64,000 bases of DNA, from positions 89,017 to 153,016 of the forward strand of contig JBAZSW010000002.1 in NCBI GenBank assembly GCA_041662245.1. Direction: 5' to 3'. The notes under the pieces were generated by a model, which saw only the letters and a program-made list of their open reading frames with translations, was not told where the DNA came from and did not search any database. Origin of the DNA: Parcubacteria group bacterium. GTDB taxonomy: Bacteria > Patescibacteriota > Minisyncoccia > Moranbacterales > UBA9337. Shown here in pieces: positions 39,636-48,574 of this stretch. The position numbers and the translations under genes are program-made. The number at the start of each line of letters is the position of its first letter. Position 1 is the first letter of the stretch.

Positions 39636-40913
39636 ATGAGTGAAATTTATAAAAGAAGGTTAGTAGACAATATTAAAAAATGGTTAAATAGGCCAGAAAT
39701 CATCGTTATTACGGGTTCTCGTCAGATAGGCAAAACATTTTTAACCAGAAAAATATTGCCGACTATAACAAAAAAGCCGATAAAATATTTTAATTTTGAG
39801 GATTTGGAGCTTCGTTCGTTGTTTCAAGAAAACCCAAAAGGTTTTATGGAAAGCATTAAAGACGAGGAAAATATTTATGTTTTTGATGAATTTCAGAAAG
39901 TTCCTAATCTGACTAGCTTTTTAAAAGTACTTTATGATCAAGACAAAGAAAAAATTCCAAAAATATTTTTAACTGGTTCTTCATCGCTTGAAATTCAAGA
40001 AAAAATTTCGCAAAGCCTAGTGGGTCAATGTGTTGTTTTTGATTTTTTTTCACTGTCTTTTTCTGAGAGATATTTTTTAGAGAAAAATAATCTTTTGGGA
40101 GAAATTTTATCACTTGAGAGCAGTTTAGATATAAAAAAACTACAACAGGGAGTTTTTTTTGAAAAAGATGATTTGGCGAGAAAATTTGATGAATATATGT
40201 TACGAGGTGGATACCCAGAACTGGGAGAGCTGGAGGGCGAGCAAATTTGGCAAAAATTAAAATCAATTATTGAGTTGATTCTAGAAAAAGATATGCGAGG
40301 ACTGGTGAAAGATGAACATCTTTTTTCTTCCAAAAAACTTTTAGAAATTTTGGCTTTTCGCATTGGCAATATTATTTCCTTTGAAAATCTGGCTGCGGAA
40401 ATGCAACTTAATATCAAAACAGTGCGCAACTTGATAGCCGTTTTTAAAGGATTATTTTTTATCGAATTTATCTATCCCAAAGCAAGTTTTGCGCATGAAT
40501 ATAAAAAAGCGCCAAAGGTGTATTTCAATGATTTGGGTATGCGAAATGAATTGATAAAAATGCATAAACTTCCAGTTGATCGATCGCAACTCGGAGCGAT
40601 GGTGGAGAACTTTGTTTTTTGCCAGCTTAAACGATATAGTGCTTATAAAAAAGATTTTAAGATAAACTATTGGCAAGATTATAATAAAAATGAAGTGGAC
40701 TTTGTTTTGGATGTTGAAGGTCGGATTATTTCAATAGAAGTTAAATATCGCAAAGGTCAGAAAGATAGATTAACTGTCGGTGTTGCGAACTTTATTAAAA
40801 AATATAATTCACAAACCCATATTACAATTACCTATGATTATTTTGGAACTTCTAAAATTGGCAATTGTACAGTTTACTTCATTCCTGCTTATATGTTTGG
40901 ATTGATAATATAA
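39636..40913 (+). CDS. AAA+ ATPase with C-terminal PD-(D/E)xK-like domain (paralog 4)
   Basis: Walker A motif VITGSRQIGKTFL; Walker B motif VFDEFQ; C-terminal motif NEVDFVLDVEGRIISIEVKYRKG. Confidence 0.7.
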   Translation: MSEIYKRRLVDNIKKWLNRPEIIVITGSRQIGKTFLTRKILPTITKKPIKYFNFEDLELRSLFQENPKGFMESIKDEENIYVFDEFQKVPNLTSFLKVLYDQDKEKIPKIFLTGSSSLEIQEKISQSLVGQCVVFDFFSLSFSERYFLEKNNLLGEILSLESSLDIKKLQQGVFFEKDDLARKFDEYMLRGGYPELGELEGEQIWQKLKSIIELILEKDMRGLVKDEHLFSSKKLLEILAFRIGNIISFENLAAEMQLNIKTVRNLIAVFKGLFFIEFIYPKASFAHEYKKAPKVYFNDLGMRNELIKMHKLPVDRSQLGAMVENFVFCQLKRYSAYKKDFKINYWQDYNKNEVDFVLDVEGRIISIEVKYRKGQKDRLTVGVANFIKKYNSQTHITITYDYFGTSKIGNCTVYFIPAYMFGLII

Positions 40914-41002
40914 GAATCGTAATTTCTAAATAAATATTTGTACTCAAATATTTAGAAGTGGAGACCTGCCTGCCGACAGGAATCTTAGATGAATGATAAA
41001 TC

Positions 41003-41215
41003 CTTAAGATAATTTTAAATTTCAAATTTAAAGTTTAAAATGAATATAAAAATATTAAATGATTAAAACAGATACGAAATATAATAAGAAAAAGATTGAA
41101 ATTAAAATTTATTCATTTAAAATTGATTTCAAATTTCAAATTTAGCCTTTAAAATTAGAATATTAAGATTTGAATCAAAATTCAAAATTTTAAATTAAAG
41201 TTTAAAAAGAAATAT
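41003..41215. repeat. Repeat family A (copy 8), followed by a short-form B element at 41224-41280
   Basis: Sequence identity to the other copies. Confidence 0.75.
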
Positions 41216-41623
41216 TTCTTCATGTCATTTCGACCGAATAAATATTTGTACTCAAATATTTAGAAGTGGAGAAATCTCAAATCAAGATCTCTGTGCCACC
41301 GCTAAAGCTTTAGCGACACGCGGTCCATGCCTAAATTTCTGAGTACCCCAGTTATGATAACGGGGCAGGCATAAATTCATTTAGTCGAGATGACAGGCCT
41401 CGATTATTTTGTCCTAAGGCCGTCTTAGTGACCGTTAGTGAAATTTTTGCTTGACAATTATCCAATATCTGATAATATAAACACTGACACGTAGCATGAG
41501 TTAAAATTAAATAGAAAATGTATCAGAGGCTTTCATTTTTCCCCCTTTATTCAAGCATTAGGAATGAAATATTAATTATAAAATTAACTCCTCTATTTTT
41601 GTGTTGGTACAAATAACTACATT

Positions 41624-41842
41624 ATGACTCAAAAGAAAGAATTAATAACCGTAGAAGGTGTGGTGATGGAAACGCTTCCAAGCACAACCTTTAAAGTTAA
41701 ATTGGAAAATGGGCATGAAATTTTAGCTCATATTTCAGGCAGAATGCGAGTAAACTATATTAAACTTCTTCCGGGAGATAAGGTGATATTGGAAATGAGC
41801 CCCTATGATTTAACCCGCGGGAGGATAACGAAGAGACTATAG
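41624..41842 (+). CDS. infA: Translation initiation factor IF-1
   Basis: [15 protein letters not shown]...[20 protein letters not shown]...[20 protein letters not shown] is the S1-like IF-1 signature. Confidence 0.9.
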   Translation: MTQKKELITVEGVVMETLPSTTFKVKLENGHEILAHISGRMRVNYIKLLPGDKVILEMSPYDLTRGRITKRL

Positions 41843-41865
41843 CAAATTAATTTTAAATTTAGAAT

Positions 41866-41913
41866 TTCGAATTCCCGCCTGCAAACGCTGTAGCACTGCG
41901 GGCAGGTTAAATG
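41866..41913. repeat. About 45-bp element; an inverted copy lies at 48505-48548
   Basis: gaattcccgcctgcaaacgctgtagcactgcgggcaggttaaatg. Its reverse complement matches 48505-48548 at about 43 of 45 positions. Confidence 0.7.
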
Positions 41914-42002
41914 AATTTCAAATGTATTAATTCAAAAATTAGAAAATTAAGATTTGATTCAAAATTGGAAATTGGAAATTCAAAATTTTTTATAAAATAT
42001 AT

Positions 42003-42116
42003 ATGAAAGTAAGAGCATCAGTTAAAAAAATATGTGCTAATTGTAAAACCGTCAGACGCCGAGGGAAAGTTTATGTTATTTGTACTAATCCTAAGCACAA
42101 GCAAAGACAAGGATAG
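42003..42116 (+). CDS. rpmJ: Ribosomal protein L36 (37 aa; absent from the ORF track)
   Basis: [37 protein letters not shown] with a C-x2-C...C-x4-H zinc ribbon. Confidence 0.9.
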   Translation: MKVRASVKKICANCKTVRRRGKVYVICTNPKHKQRQG

Positions 42117-42261
42117 GATGTAGTTTTGTAGCTTGTAGTTTTTAGCTTTTTAGCAAAAAATAAAAAAGCTATTTTTTAAGAAGCTAATAACCTAAAAAGC
42201 TAAATATAAATCTAATACATCTAAGAAGCCAAGAAGCTAATAACCTAAAAAGCTAAATATT

Positions 42262-42711
42262 ATGTCAGAAGAAAAGAAAATTGAAGAAATTAAAGATGCG
42301 CCTATTGCCACAGAAGATGTCAAAGTTGAAAATGATGGGGCTCCTGTTAAAAAAGGAAAGCGGACTGTTTTTAAAGGTCAGGCGCATATTCAATGTACTT
42401 ATAATAATACAATTGTGACTATTTCTGATATGAATGGAGCAGTTTTGGGTTGGTCAAGCTCGGGAATGTTGGGATTTAAAGGAGCCAAAAAATCCACTCC
42501 TTTTGCCGCTACCAAAGTGGCTGCTGACGTTTCAGAAAAAGTTAAGAAGTTTGGTTTAAAAGAATTAATGATTTTTATAAAAGGTGTAGGAGGTGGACGA
42601 GAGTCAGCTGTACGAGGTTTGTCTGGTGCTGGATTTGAAGTGCTTTCTATTAAAGATATCACTCCTGCCCCACACAACGGTTGCAGAAGGAGAAAACCGA
42701 GGAGAGTCTAA
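42262..42711 (+). CDS. rpsK: Ribosomal protein S11
   Basis: AHIQCTYNNTIVTISD..G..LGWSS.G..GFKGAKKSTPFAA...ITPAPHNGCRRRKPRRV. Confidence 0.9.
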   Translation: MSEEKKIEEIKDAPIATEDVKVENDGAPVKKGKRTVFKGQAHIQCTYNNTIVTISDMNGAVLGWSSSGMLGFKGAKKSTPFAATKVAADVSEKVKKFGLKELMIFIKGVGGGRESAVRGLSGAGFEVLSIKDITPAPHNGCRRRKPRRV

Positions 42712-42856
42712 TCAGTTAAAAGTTCAAAATTAAAAATTAAAAGTTACAATTTAAAGTTAAAAATTGACAATAAAAACTTTGAAATGATAACTGCAACTTT
42801 TAACTTTGCGCTTTGAATTTTGAATTAACACATATAATATTTAAAAGTTAAATAAT

Positions 42857-42892
42857 TTACTAGTTACTAATTACTAGTTCCTAGTTACTAAA
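42857..42892. promoter_or_regulatory. Tandem TTACTAGTT(AC) direct-repeat motif upstream of rpsM; similar arrays at 43421-43470 upstream of rpsD and 45604-45640 upstream of rplM
   Basis: ttactagttactaattactagttcctagttacta; ttaccaatcac...ctagttaccaatcactagttaccagttacta; ttactgattactagttactgattactagttacta. Confidence 0.45.
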
Positions 42893-42897
42893 TAATT

Positions 42898-43284
42898 ATG
42901 GCAAGAATAGCAGGAGTAAATATACCCGATAATAAAAGAATAGAGATTGCTCTAACTTATATTTTTGGTATTGGAAAATCCATTAGTGGAGTTATTTTAG
43001 ATGAATTAAAAATTGATAAAAATATTAGGGCTAAGGATCTTACTTCTGAGCAGGTTAATAGTTTGAAAAATTGTATTGAGGATAAATATAAGATTGAAGG
43101 AGAGTTAAAACATGAGATTCGAATGAATATTCGAAGATTGAAAGAAATTGGTTGTTATAGAGGGATGAGACACCAAAAAGGTCTTCCAAGTCGCGGACAA
43201 AGAACTAAAACCAATAACCGAACGTTAAGAGGGAATGTTCGTCAGACGATGGGAAGCGGTAGAAGATCAGTGGAAAAGACATAA
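42898..43284 (+). CDS. rpsM: Ribosomal protein S13
   Basis: MARIAGVNIPDNKRIEIALTYIFGIGK...GCYRGMRHQKGLPSRGQRTKTNNRT. Confidence 0.9.
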   Translation: MARIAGVNIPDNKRIEIALTYIFGIGKSISGVILDELKIDKNIRAKDLTSEQVNSLKNCIEDKYKIEGELKHEIRMNIRRLKEIGCYRGMRHQKGLPSRGQRTKTNNRTLRGNVRQTMGSGRRSVEKT

Positions 43285-43477
43285 GACAATTAAAAGTTTA
43301 AAATTAAAAATTAAAAGTTACAATTTAAAGTTAAAAATTGACAACGAAAACTTTAAACTGATAACTGCAACTTTTAACTTTGTACTTTGAATTTTTAACT
43401 AATAAAGTTTAATCACAAAATTACCAATCACTGTTTTCTAGTTACCAATCACTAGTTACCAGTTACTAAATTAATAT

Positions 43478-44110
43478 ATGGCAAGAGATTTAAATTCAAG
43501 ATGTAAAAAATGTCGAAGAGCTGGAGAAAAGCTTTTTCTTAAAGGTGATCGTTGCACCTCAGTTAAATGCGCGATGATAAAAAAAGCTTATGCTCCGGGA
43601 GTGCATGGTAAAAAAATGGGCAGAGGGCTAAGCGAATATGGAAAGCAATTAGCTATGAAACAAAGAATTAAAAGGATTTACGGAGTTATGGAAAAACAAT
43701 TCCGAAAACATTTTCAAGATATTCAAAGAAAAGAAGGTATTACTGGAAATTTGTTAATGATAAGATTGGAAATGAGATTAGACAATGTCGTCTATCGGAT
43801 GGGTCTAGCTAGCTCTAGAAACGCCGCTCGTCAATTGGTTAACCATGGATTAATCAAAGTTAACGGGAGAAAATTGTCTGTGCCATCTGCTTTGGTAAAG
43901 GTAGGAGATAGTGTTATGGTAAGCGAGACCAAAAAAGAAAAAACTTATTTTAAAAACATCGCTAGCGCGCTAAAGAATAAAAAAGATGTTCCTTCTTGGA
44001 TAAGTATGGATGCTGTTAACTTTGAAGGAAAAATTTTGTCTACTCCGGATATAGCTAGCATTGGAATAAATGCTGATCCTCAATTGGTAGTTGAATATTA
44101 TTCTCGATAA
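43478..44110 (+). CDS. rpsD: Ribosomal protein S4
   Basis: N-terminal C-x2-C...C zinc motif and the S4 domain LDNVVYRMGLASSRNAARQLVNHGLIKVNGRK. Confidence 0.9.
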   Translation: MARDLNSRCKKCRRAGEKLFLKGDRCTSVKCAMIKKAYAPGVHGKKMGRGLSEYGKQLAMKQRIKRIYGVMEKQFRKHFQDIQRKEGITGNLLMIRLEMRLDNVVYRMGLASSRNAARQLVNHGLIKVNGRKLSVPSALVKVGDSVMVSETKKEKTYFKNIASALKNKKDVPSWISMDAVNFEGKILSTPDIASIGINADPQLVVEYYSR

Positions 44111-44162
44111 TAATTAGATTTTTAGATAATAAATTAATTCGTCTTTAATTAAAATTAAAAAT

Positions 44163-45158
44163 ATGCAATCAATAACATTGCCAAAAAAATCAAAATTTAT
44201 TGAAACTGGAGAAAACAGTGGAAAATTTATTATTGAGGATTGTTTTCCGGGATATGGCACAACATTGGGTAATTCTTTGCGTCGAGTACTGTTATCTTCC
44301 TTAGATGGAGCAGCGGCTACTGCGATTAAAATTAAGGGTGTTTCTCACGAGTTTTCTACGGTAGAAGGAATTCTTGAAGATGTAGTACAAATAATTTTAA
44401 ATGTTAAAAAACTTCGTTTTAAATCTTTTAGTGATGAGCCCGTAAGATTAAGTTTGAAATTTACTGGCAAGGGAGTGATTACAGGCAAAGATATTAAAAA
44501 AACTGCCGAAGTGGAAGTGATTAATACGGATCAAGTGATTGCCAATTCTACAAGTTTAAAAACTAATTTAGAATTAGAGATAGAAGTAAATAAAGGAATC
44601 GGCTATATTCCTGTAGAATTACAAGAAAAAAGAGACGAGGTTGATTGGATTTCTATTGATGCTATTTATACTCCGATGAAAAGAGTTAATTACGCTGTAG
44701 AAAATATGCGAGTAGGAAAAAGAACTGATTTCGAAAGAATTGTTTTGGAAATTTTTACCGATGGAACCGTTACTCCGACAGATGCTTTTAACAAAGCTGT
44801 AGGAATATTGGTAAATCAATTCTCCGTTTTATCTGAAGGTGTAGATCAAACAACTTCTAGCCAAAAGAAAAAAATTGAGGACTCAGGAAAGCCAGAAAGC
44901 TATGAGGCTGTCTTGGACAAGGAAGAAGAAAGTGTAGAAAAAGAAGTTAATGAAAATGAAAGTTTAAGTATCGATGATTTGAAAGGACTTTCTACTAGAA
45001 CAATTAATGCGCTTAAAGATAATAAGATAACCAAAGTTAAAGGTATTATCAAACTGACAACTGAAGAATTGGGTGCTTTAAGTGGAATGGGAGAAAAAGG
45101 TGTTAAAGAAATAAAGAAAGCTATCGGGATATTGGGATTGATATTGAAAAATAACTAG
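44163..45158 (+). CDS. rpoA: DNA-directed RNA polymerase alpha subunit
   Basis: N-terminal domain GYGTTLGNSLRRVLLSSLDGAAATAIKIKGVSHEFST and a C-terminal helix-hairpin-helix domain. Confidence 0.9.
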   Translation: MQSITLPKKSKFIETGENSGKFIIEDCFPGYGTTLGNSLRRVLLSSLDGAAATAIKIKGVSHEFSTVEGILEDVVQIILNVKKLRFKSFSDEPVRLSLKFTGKGVITGKDIKKTAEVEVINTDQVIANSTSLKTNLELEIEVNKGIGYIPVELQEKRDEVDWISIDAIYTPMKRVNYAVENMRVGKRTDFERIVLEIFTDGTVTPTDAFNKAVGILVNQFSVLSEGVDQTTSSQKKKIEDSGKPESYEAVLDKEEESVEKEVNENESLSIDDLKGLSTRTINALKDNKITKVKGIIKLTTEELGALSGMGEKGVKEIKKAIGILGLILKNN

Positions 45159-45178
45159 GCATATAACTATAAAGAAAT

Positions 45179-45544
45179 ATGAGACATTTAGTAAAAGGAA
45201 GAACACTCGGAAGAGAAAAGGCACAACGCGAGGCATTGATGCACGGTTTGGTTGCTAATTTAGTATTGAGTGAAAAAATTACTACTACTGAAGCTAAAGC
45301 TAAAGAATTGAAGCCTCTTATGGATAAGATTATTACCAAAGTTAAAAAAGCTGGAACTGATTCACAAAAGAAAGTTACTGTAATAAGAGAGTTAAGAAAG
45401 GATTTAAATGTTGCTTGTGTGAAGAAACTTTCGGGTGAATTTTTTAAAAAATTTGAAGGAAGAAATAGCGGTTATACTAGAATAATTAAATTGACTGAAA
45501 GAAAAAGTGATAGTGCCAAGATGGCAGTGATTGAATTTGTTTAA
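45179..45544 (+). CDS. rplQ: Ribosomal protein L17
   Basis: MRHLVKGRTLGREKAQREALM..L...L....I.TT.AKAKEL. Confidence 0.85.
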   Translation: MRHLVKGRTLGREKAQREALMHGLVANLVLSEKITTTEAKAKELKPLMDKIITKVKKAGTDSQKKVTVIRELRKDLNVACVKKLSGEFFKKFEGRNSGYTRIIKLTERKSDSAKMAVIEFV

Positions 45545-45649
45545 TATTTGCATCGAATAGTTAACGAATTAACGAATTGTAAATTACAAAAGTTTAAATT
45601 ATAATTACTGATTACTAGTTACTGATTACTAGTTACTACTAATAAATTT

Positions 45650-46039
45650 ATGGAAGAAAGAAAATATTATCAAATTAGCGCCCAGGGAAAAGTTTTAGGG
45701 AGATTAGCTACTGAAATAGTAAAATTTTTGAGTGGGAAAAATAAAGTTAGTTTTACTCCTAATATTGATGGAGGAGATTTTGTGGTGGTAACCAATTCTG
45801 ATGGGGTTATCGTTACAGGTAATAAAGCTAAAGATAAAAAATATTATAAATTTTCTGGCTATCCAGGGGGAATCAAAGAAATTAGTTTTGAAAAACAATT
45901 AGCTAGAGATTCTAGAAAATTAATTGAAGCCGCTGTTAAAGGAATGCTTCCTAAAAATAAATTAAGTAGCGCAATGATGACTAGGCTTTTGATATACAAA
46001 GATGAAGCGCAGGAACATAATATAGATTTTAAAATTTAG
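45650..46039 (+). CDS. rplM: Ribosomal protein L13
   Basis: YYQISAQGKVLGRLATEIVKFLSGK...PNIDGGDFVVVTN. Confidence 0.85.
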   Translation: MEERKYYQISAQGKVLGRLATEIVKFLSGKNKVSFTPNIDGGDFVVVTNSDGVIVTGNKAKDKKYYKFSGYPGGIKEISFEKQLARDSRKLIEAAVKGMLPKNKLSSAMMTRLLIYKDEAQEHNIDFKI

Positions 46040-46067
46040 TACCGCTTAGGTTTAATGAAAATTATTT

Positions 46068-46568
46068 ATGAATAAAGAAAAAACAACTGTAAAAAAATCT
46101 CCAGAGAAAAAAGAAATAAAGGCTAAAAAGCCAACTACGGGGAAAAAGATTGCCAAGATTTCTAAAAAGAATGATTATTTTTATGCTGTCGGAAGAAGAA
46201 AGACTTCTGTGGCTCAGGTTAGAATTTTCCCAAGCAATAAAGCAGGAGAAGAGGATTGCCAAGTAAATAATCGTGCTATGACTGAATATTTTTTAGGTAC
46301 AATCGCGCAAGCCACTTTTCTTTCTCCTTTTAAAGAAACGGGAACGACAGATAAATTTAAGGTGACTGTTTTGGTGCGAGGAGGAGGAATTAGCAGCCAA
46401 GTGGAAGCGGTTAGATTGGGAATTGCTAGAGCACTTGTGAAATTTGATGAAACTTTAAGACCAGTTTTAAAAGCTAATAAATTCTTGATGAGAGATTCTC
46501 GAAAGGTAGAAAGAAAGAAACCAGGACTTAAAAAAGCCAGACGTGCTCCACAGTGGGCGAAAAGATAA
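46068..46568 (+). CDS. rpsI: Ribosomal protein S9 (with a Lys-rich N-terminal extension)
   Basis: YFYAVGRRKTSVAQVRI...GGGISSQVEAVRLGIARAL...KKPGLKKARRAPQWAKR. Confidence 0.9.
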   Translation: MNKEKTTVKKSPEKKEIKAKKPTTGKKIAKISKKNDYFYAVGRRKTSVAQVRIFPSNKAGEEDCQVNNRAMTEYFLGTIAQATFLSPFKETGTTDKFKVTVLVRGGGISSQVEAVRLGIARALVKFDETLRPVLKANKFLMRDSRKVERKKPGLKKARRAPQWAKR

Positions 46569-46593
46569 GCGTTTAAAAAATTTACTTCTAAAA

Positions 46594-46622
46594 AACATTC
46601 GTATTCATGCGAGTGTTTTTTG
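46594..46622 (+). terminator. Rho-independent terminator after rpsI
   Basis: 8-bp stem AACATTCG / CGAGTGTT (one G-U pair), 8-nt loop, followed by a T-run. Confidence 0.55.
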
Positions 46623-46864
46623 ATGTTGTTATTAATTTCGAATTTAAAATTTTGAATTTCGAGTCAATTATGAATATTTGAATAATATATTGTGGAGGGC
46701 TTATTGGAAAAACTATTATTTAAGAATTAAAGAATTGGGATTTGATTCAAAATTTTAAATTCAAAATTCAAAATTATAAAAAATGTTATTTTTTATTATA
46801 TTTGCTAAATATACAGTATATGTTTATACTAAGAAATGGAATAATTAAACTTTATTAAAAAAAT

Positions 46865-48322
46865 ATGCGAGAAGATATTCTAAAAGCTAAGCTAGAGAAA
46901 CTGGCAAATCTGAGAAATGCCAATGTTGATCCTTACCCAGAAAAATCCCAAAGAACGCATTTTAACAAAGAGGTTCTGGATAATTTTGATAGTATTAAAG
47001 GAGAGGTTTTCTTAGTGGGAAGAGTAAAGTCTGTGCGACCGATGGGTGGATCATCTTTTGTGCATATCGAAGATGAAAGTGGCAAGATGCAATTATTCTT
47101 GAATAAAAATAATATCGGAGCTGATGAATATAAATTATTTACTAAAAATATTGAACTGGGAGATTTTATTCAAGTAAATGGAGATCTTTTTAAAACTAAA
47201 ACAGAAGAGAAAACTTTAGCCGTAAAGAGCTGGAAAATTTTGACCAAAAATATTCGTCCTATTCCTACGGAATATTATGGATTAAAAGATGTTGAGAAGC
47301 TTTTGAGAAAAAGGTATTTAGATTTGATGGGCAATGAGGAAACCCGAGAATTATTTCGAAAAAAATCTTTGTTTTGGCAGACAGTGAGAAAAGTTTTAAC
47401 TGATAACGGATTTTTGGAAGTGCAAACTCCTGTACTGGAGAGTGTCCCAGGGGGAGCAGACGCGGAGCCTTTTATTACTCATTATAATGCCCTAAACCAA
47501 GATTTTTATTTAAGAATTTCTCTAGAGTTGCATTTGAAGAGACTTTTAGTAGGAGGTTATGAAAAAGTTTTTGAGATTGGAAGAGTTTTTCGCAATGAAG
47601 GAATTTCTAGAGAACATTTGCAAGAGTTTGATCATATTGAATTTTATTGGGCTTATGCAGATATGGAAAATGGAATGGAGCTAACAGAAAAACTATACAA
47701 AGCTATCGCCAAGGAAATGTTGGGAGAAAAAATGATTTCCAATTGGGAGGATAATGAAATTAACTGGGGCGAATCTTGGCCTCGAGTAGATTATTTTACA
47801 GAGTTTAAAAAAGAAACAGAGATAGATTTGAGTGCAGATGTGACTGTAGCTGAGCTTAGAAAGAAGGCAGATGAACTAGGAATAAAGTATGATAAAACAG
47901 ATGGTAAAGGAAGAATGATTGACACCATTTATAAAAAGACAGTTCGCCAGAAATTGATTCAGCCTTGTTTTTTGGTGGGGCATCCGATTGAAGTTTCGCC
48001 CTTGGCTAAAAAAGATCCCACTACTCCTAACCGAGTTTTACGTTTTCAACCCATCGCTTGTAAAAGTGAATTAGGCAATGGCTTTTCGGAATTAAATGAT
48101 CCGATTGATCAAAGGGAAAGGTTTGAGGAGCAAATGAAATTAAGAGAGGCGGGCGATAGTGAAGCGCAAATGTTAGATGAAGATTTTATTGAAGCTTTGG
48201 AATATGGAATGCCACCAGCTTTTGGATTTGGAATGAGTGAGCGATTATTTGCAGTGATGATGGGTCGTTCAGTCAGAGAAACTGTTATTTTCCCATCAGT
48301 AAGAACGATAGAGGAGAAGTAA
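46865..48322 (+). CDS. lysS: Lysyl-tRNA synthetase (class II)
   Basis: N-terminal OB-fold anticodon-binding region followed by class II motifs FRNEGISREHLQEFDHIEFYWAY and GMPPAFGFGMSERL. Confidence 0.85.
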   Translation: MREDILKAKLEKLANLRNANVDPYPEKSQRTHFNKEVLDNFDSIKGEVFLVGRVKSVRPMGGSSFVHIEDESGKMQLFLNKNNIGADEYKLFTKNIELGDFIQVNGDLFKTKTEEKTLAVKSWKILTKNIRPIPTEYYGLKDVEKLLRKRYLDLMGNEETRELFRKKSLFWQTVRKVLTDNGFLEVQTPVLESVPGGADAEPFITHYNALNQDFYLRISLELHLKRLLVGGYEKVFEIGRVFRNEGISREHLQEFDHIEFYWAYADMENGMELTEKLYKAIAKEMLGEKMISNWEDNEINWGESWPRVDYFTEFKKETEIDLSADVTVAELRKKADELGIKYDKTDGKGRMIDTIYKKTVRQKLIQPCFLVGHPIEVSPLAKKDPTTPNRVLRFQPIACKSELGNGFSELNDPIDQRERFEEQMKLREAGDSEAQMLDEDFIEALEYGMPPAFGFGMSERLFAVMMGRSVRETVIFPSVRTIEEK

Positions 48323-48378
48323 TTTTAAATTATAAATTTCAAGTTTAAAATGAATAACAAATGATTAAATGACAAAAT

Positions 48379-48464
48379 GTAGAGACGTAATTCATTACGT
48401 CTAGATGTAGTAGAGACGCAATTCATTACGTCTAGAAGAAGAGACGCGATAAATCGGCGTCTCT
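48379..48464. repeat. Three tandem REP hairpins (GTAG-type)
   Basis: gtagagacgtaattcattacgtctag (48379-48404); tagagacgcaattcattacgtcta (48411-48434); agagacgcgataaatcggcgtctct (48440-48464). Confidence 0.75.
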
Positions 48465-48504
48465 GCGAATGTTTAAAAATTAAAAATTTGAGAATTAAGA
48501 TTTG

Positions 48505-48548
48505 ATTTAACCTGCCCGCAGTTGCTACAGTGTTGCAGGCGGGAATTC
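48505..48548. repeat. Inverted copy of the 41866-41913 element
   Basis: gatttaacctgcccgcagttgctacagtgttgcaggcgggaattc. Confidence 0.7.
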
Positions 48549-48574
48549 AAAATTTAAAATTCAAAATTATTGGG

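Noticed and set aside
42399-46262. Antisense ORFs in ribosomal protein genes (42399..42677 -, 44619..44819 -, 45121..45339 -, 45704..45898 -, 46062..46262 -)
   Set aside because: They overlap highly conserved r-protein, rpoA or rpsI coding sequence on the opposite strand.
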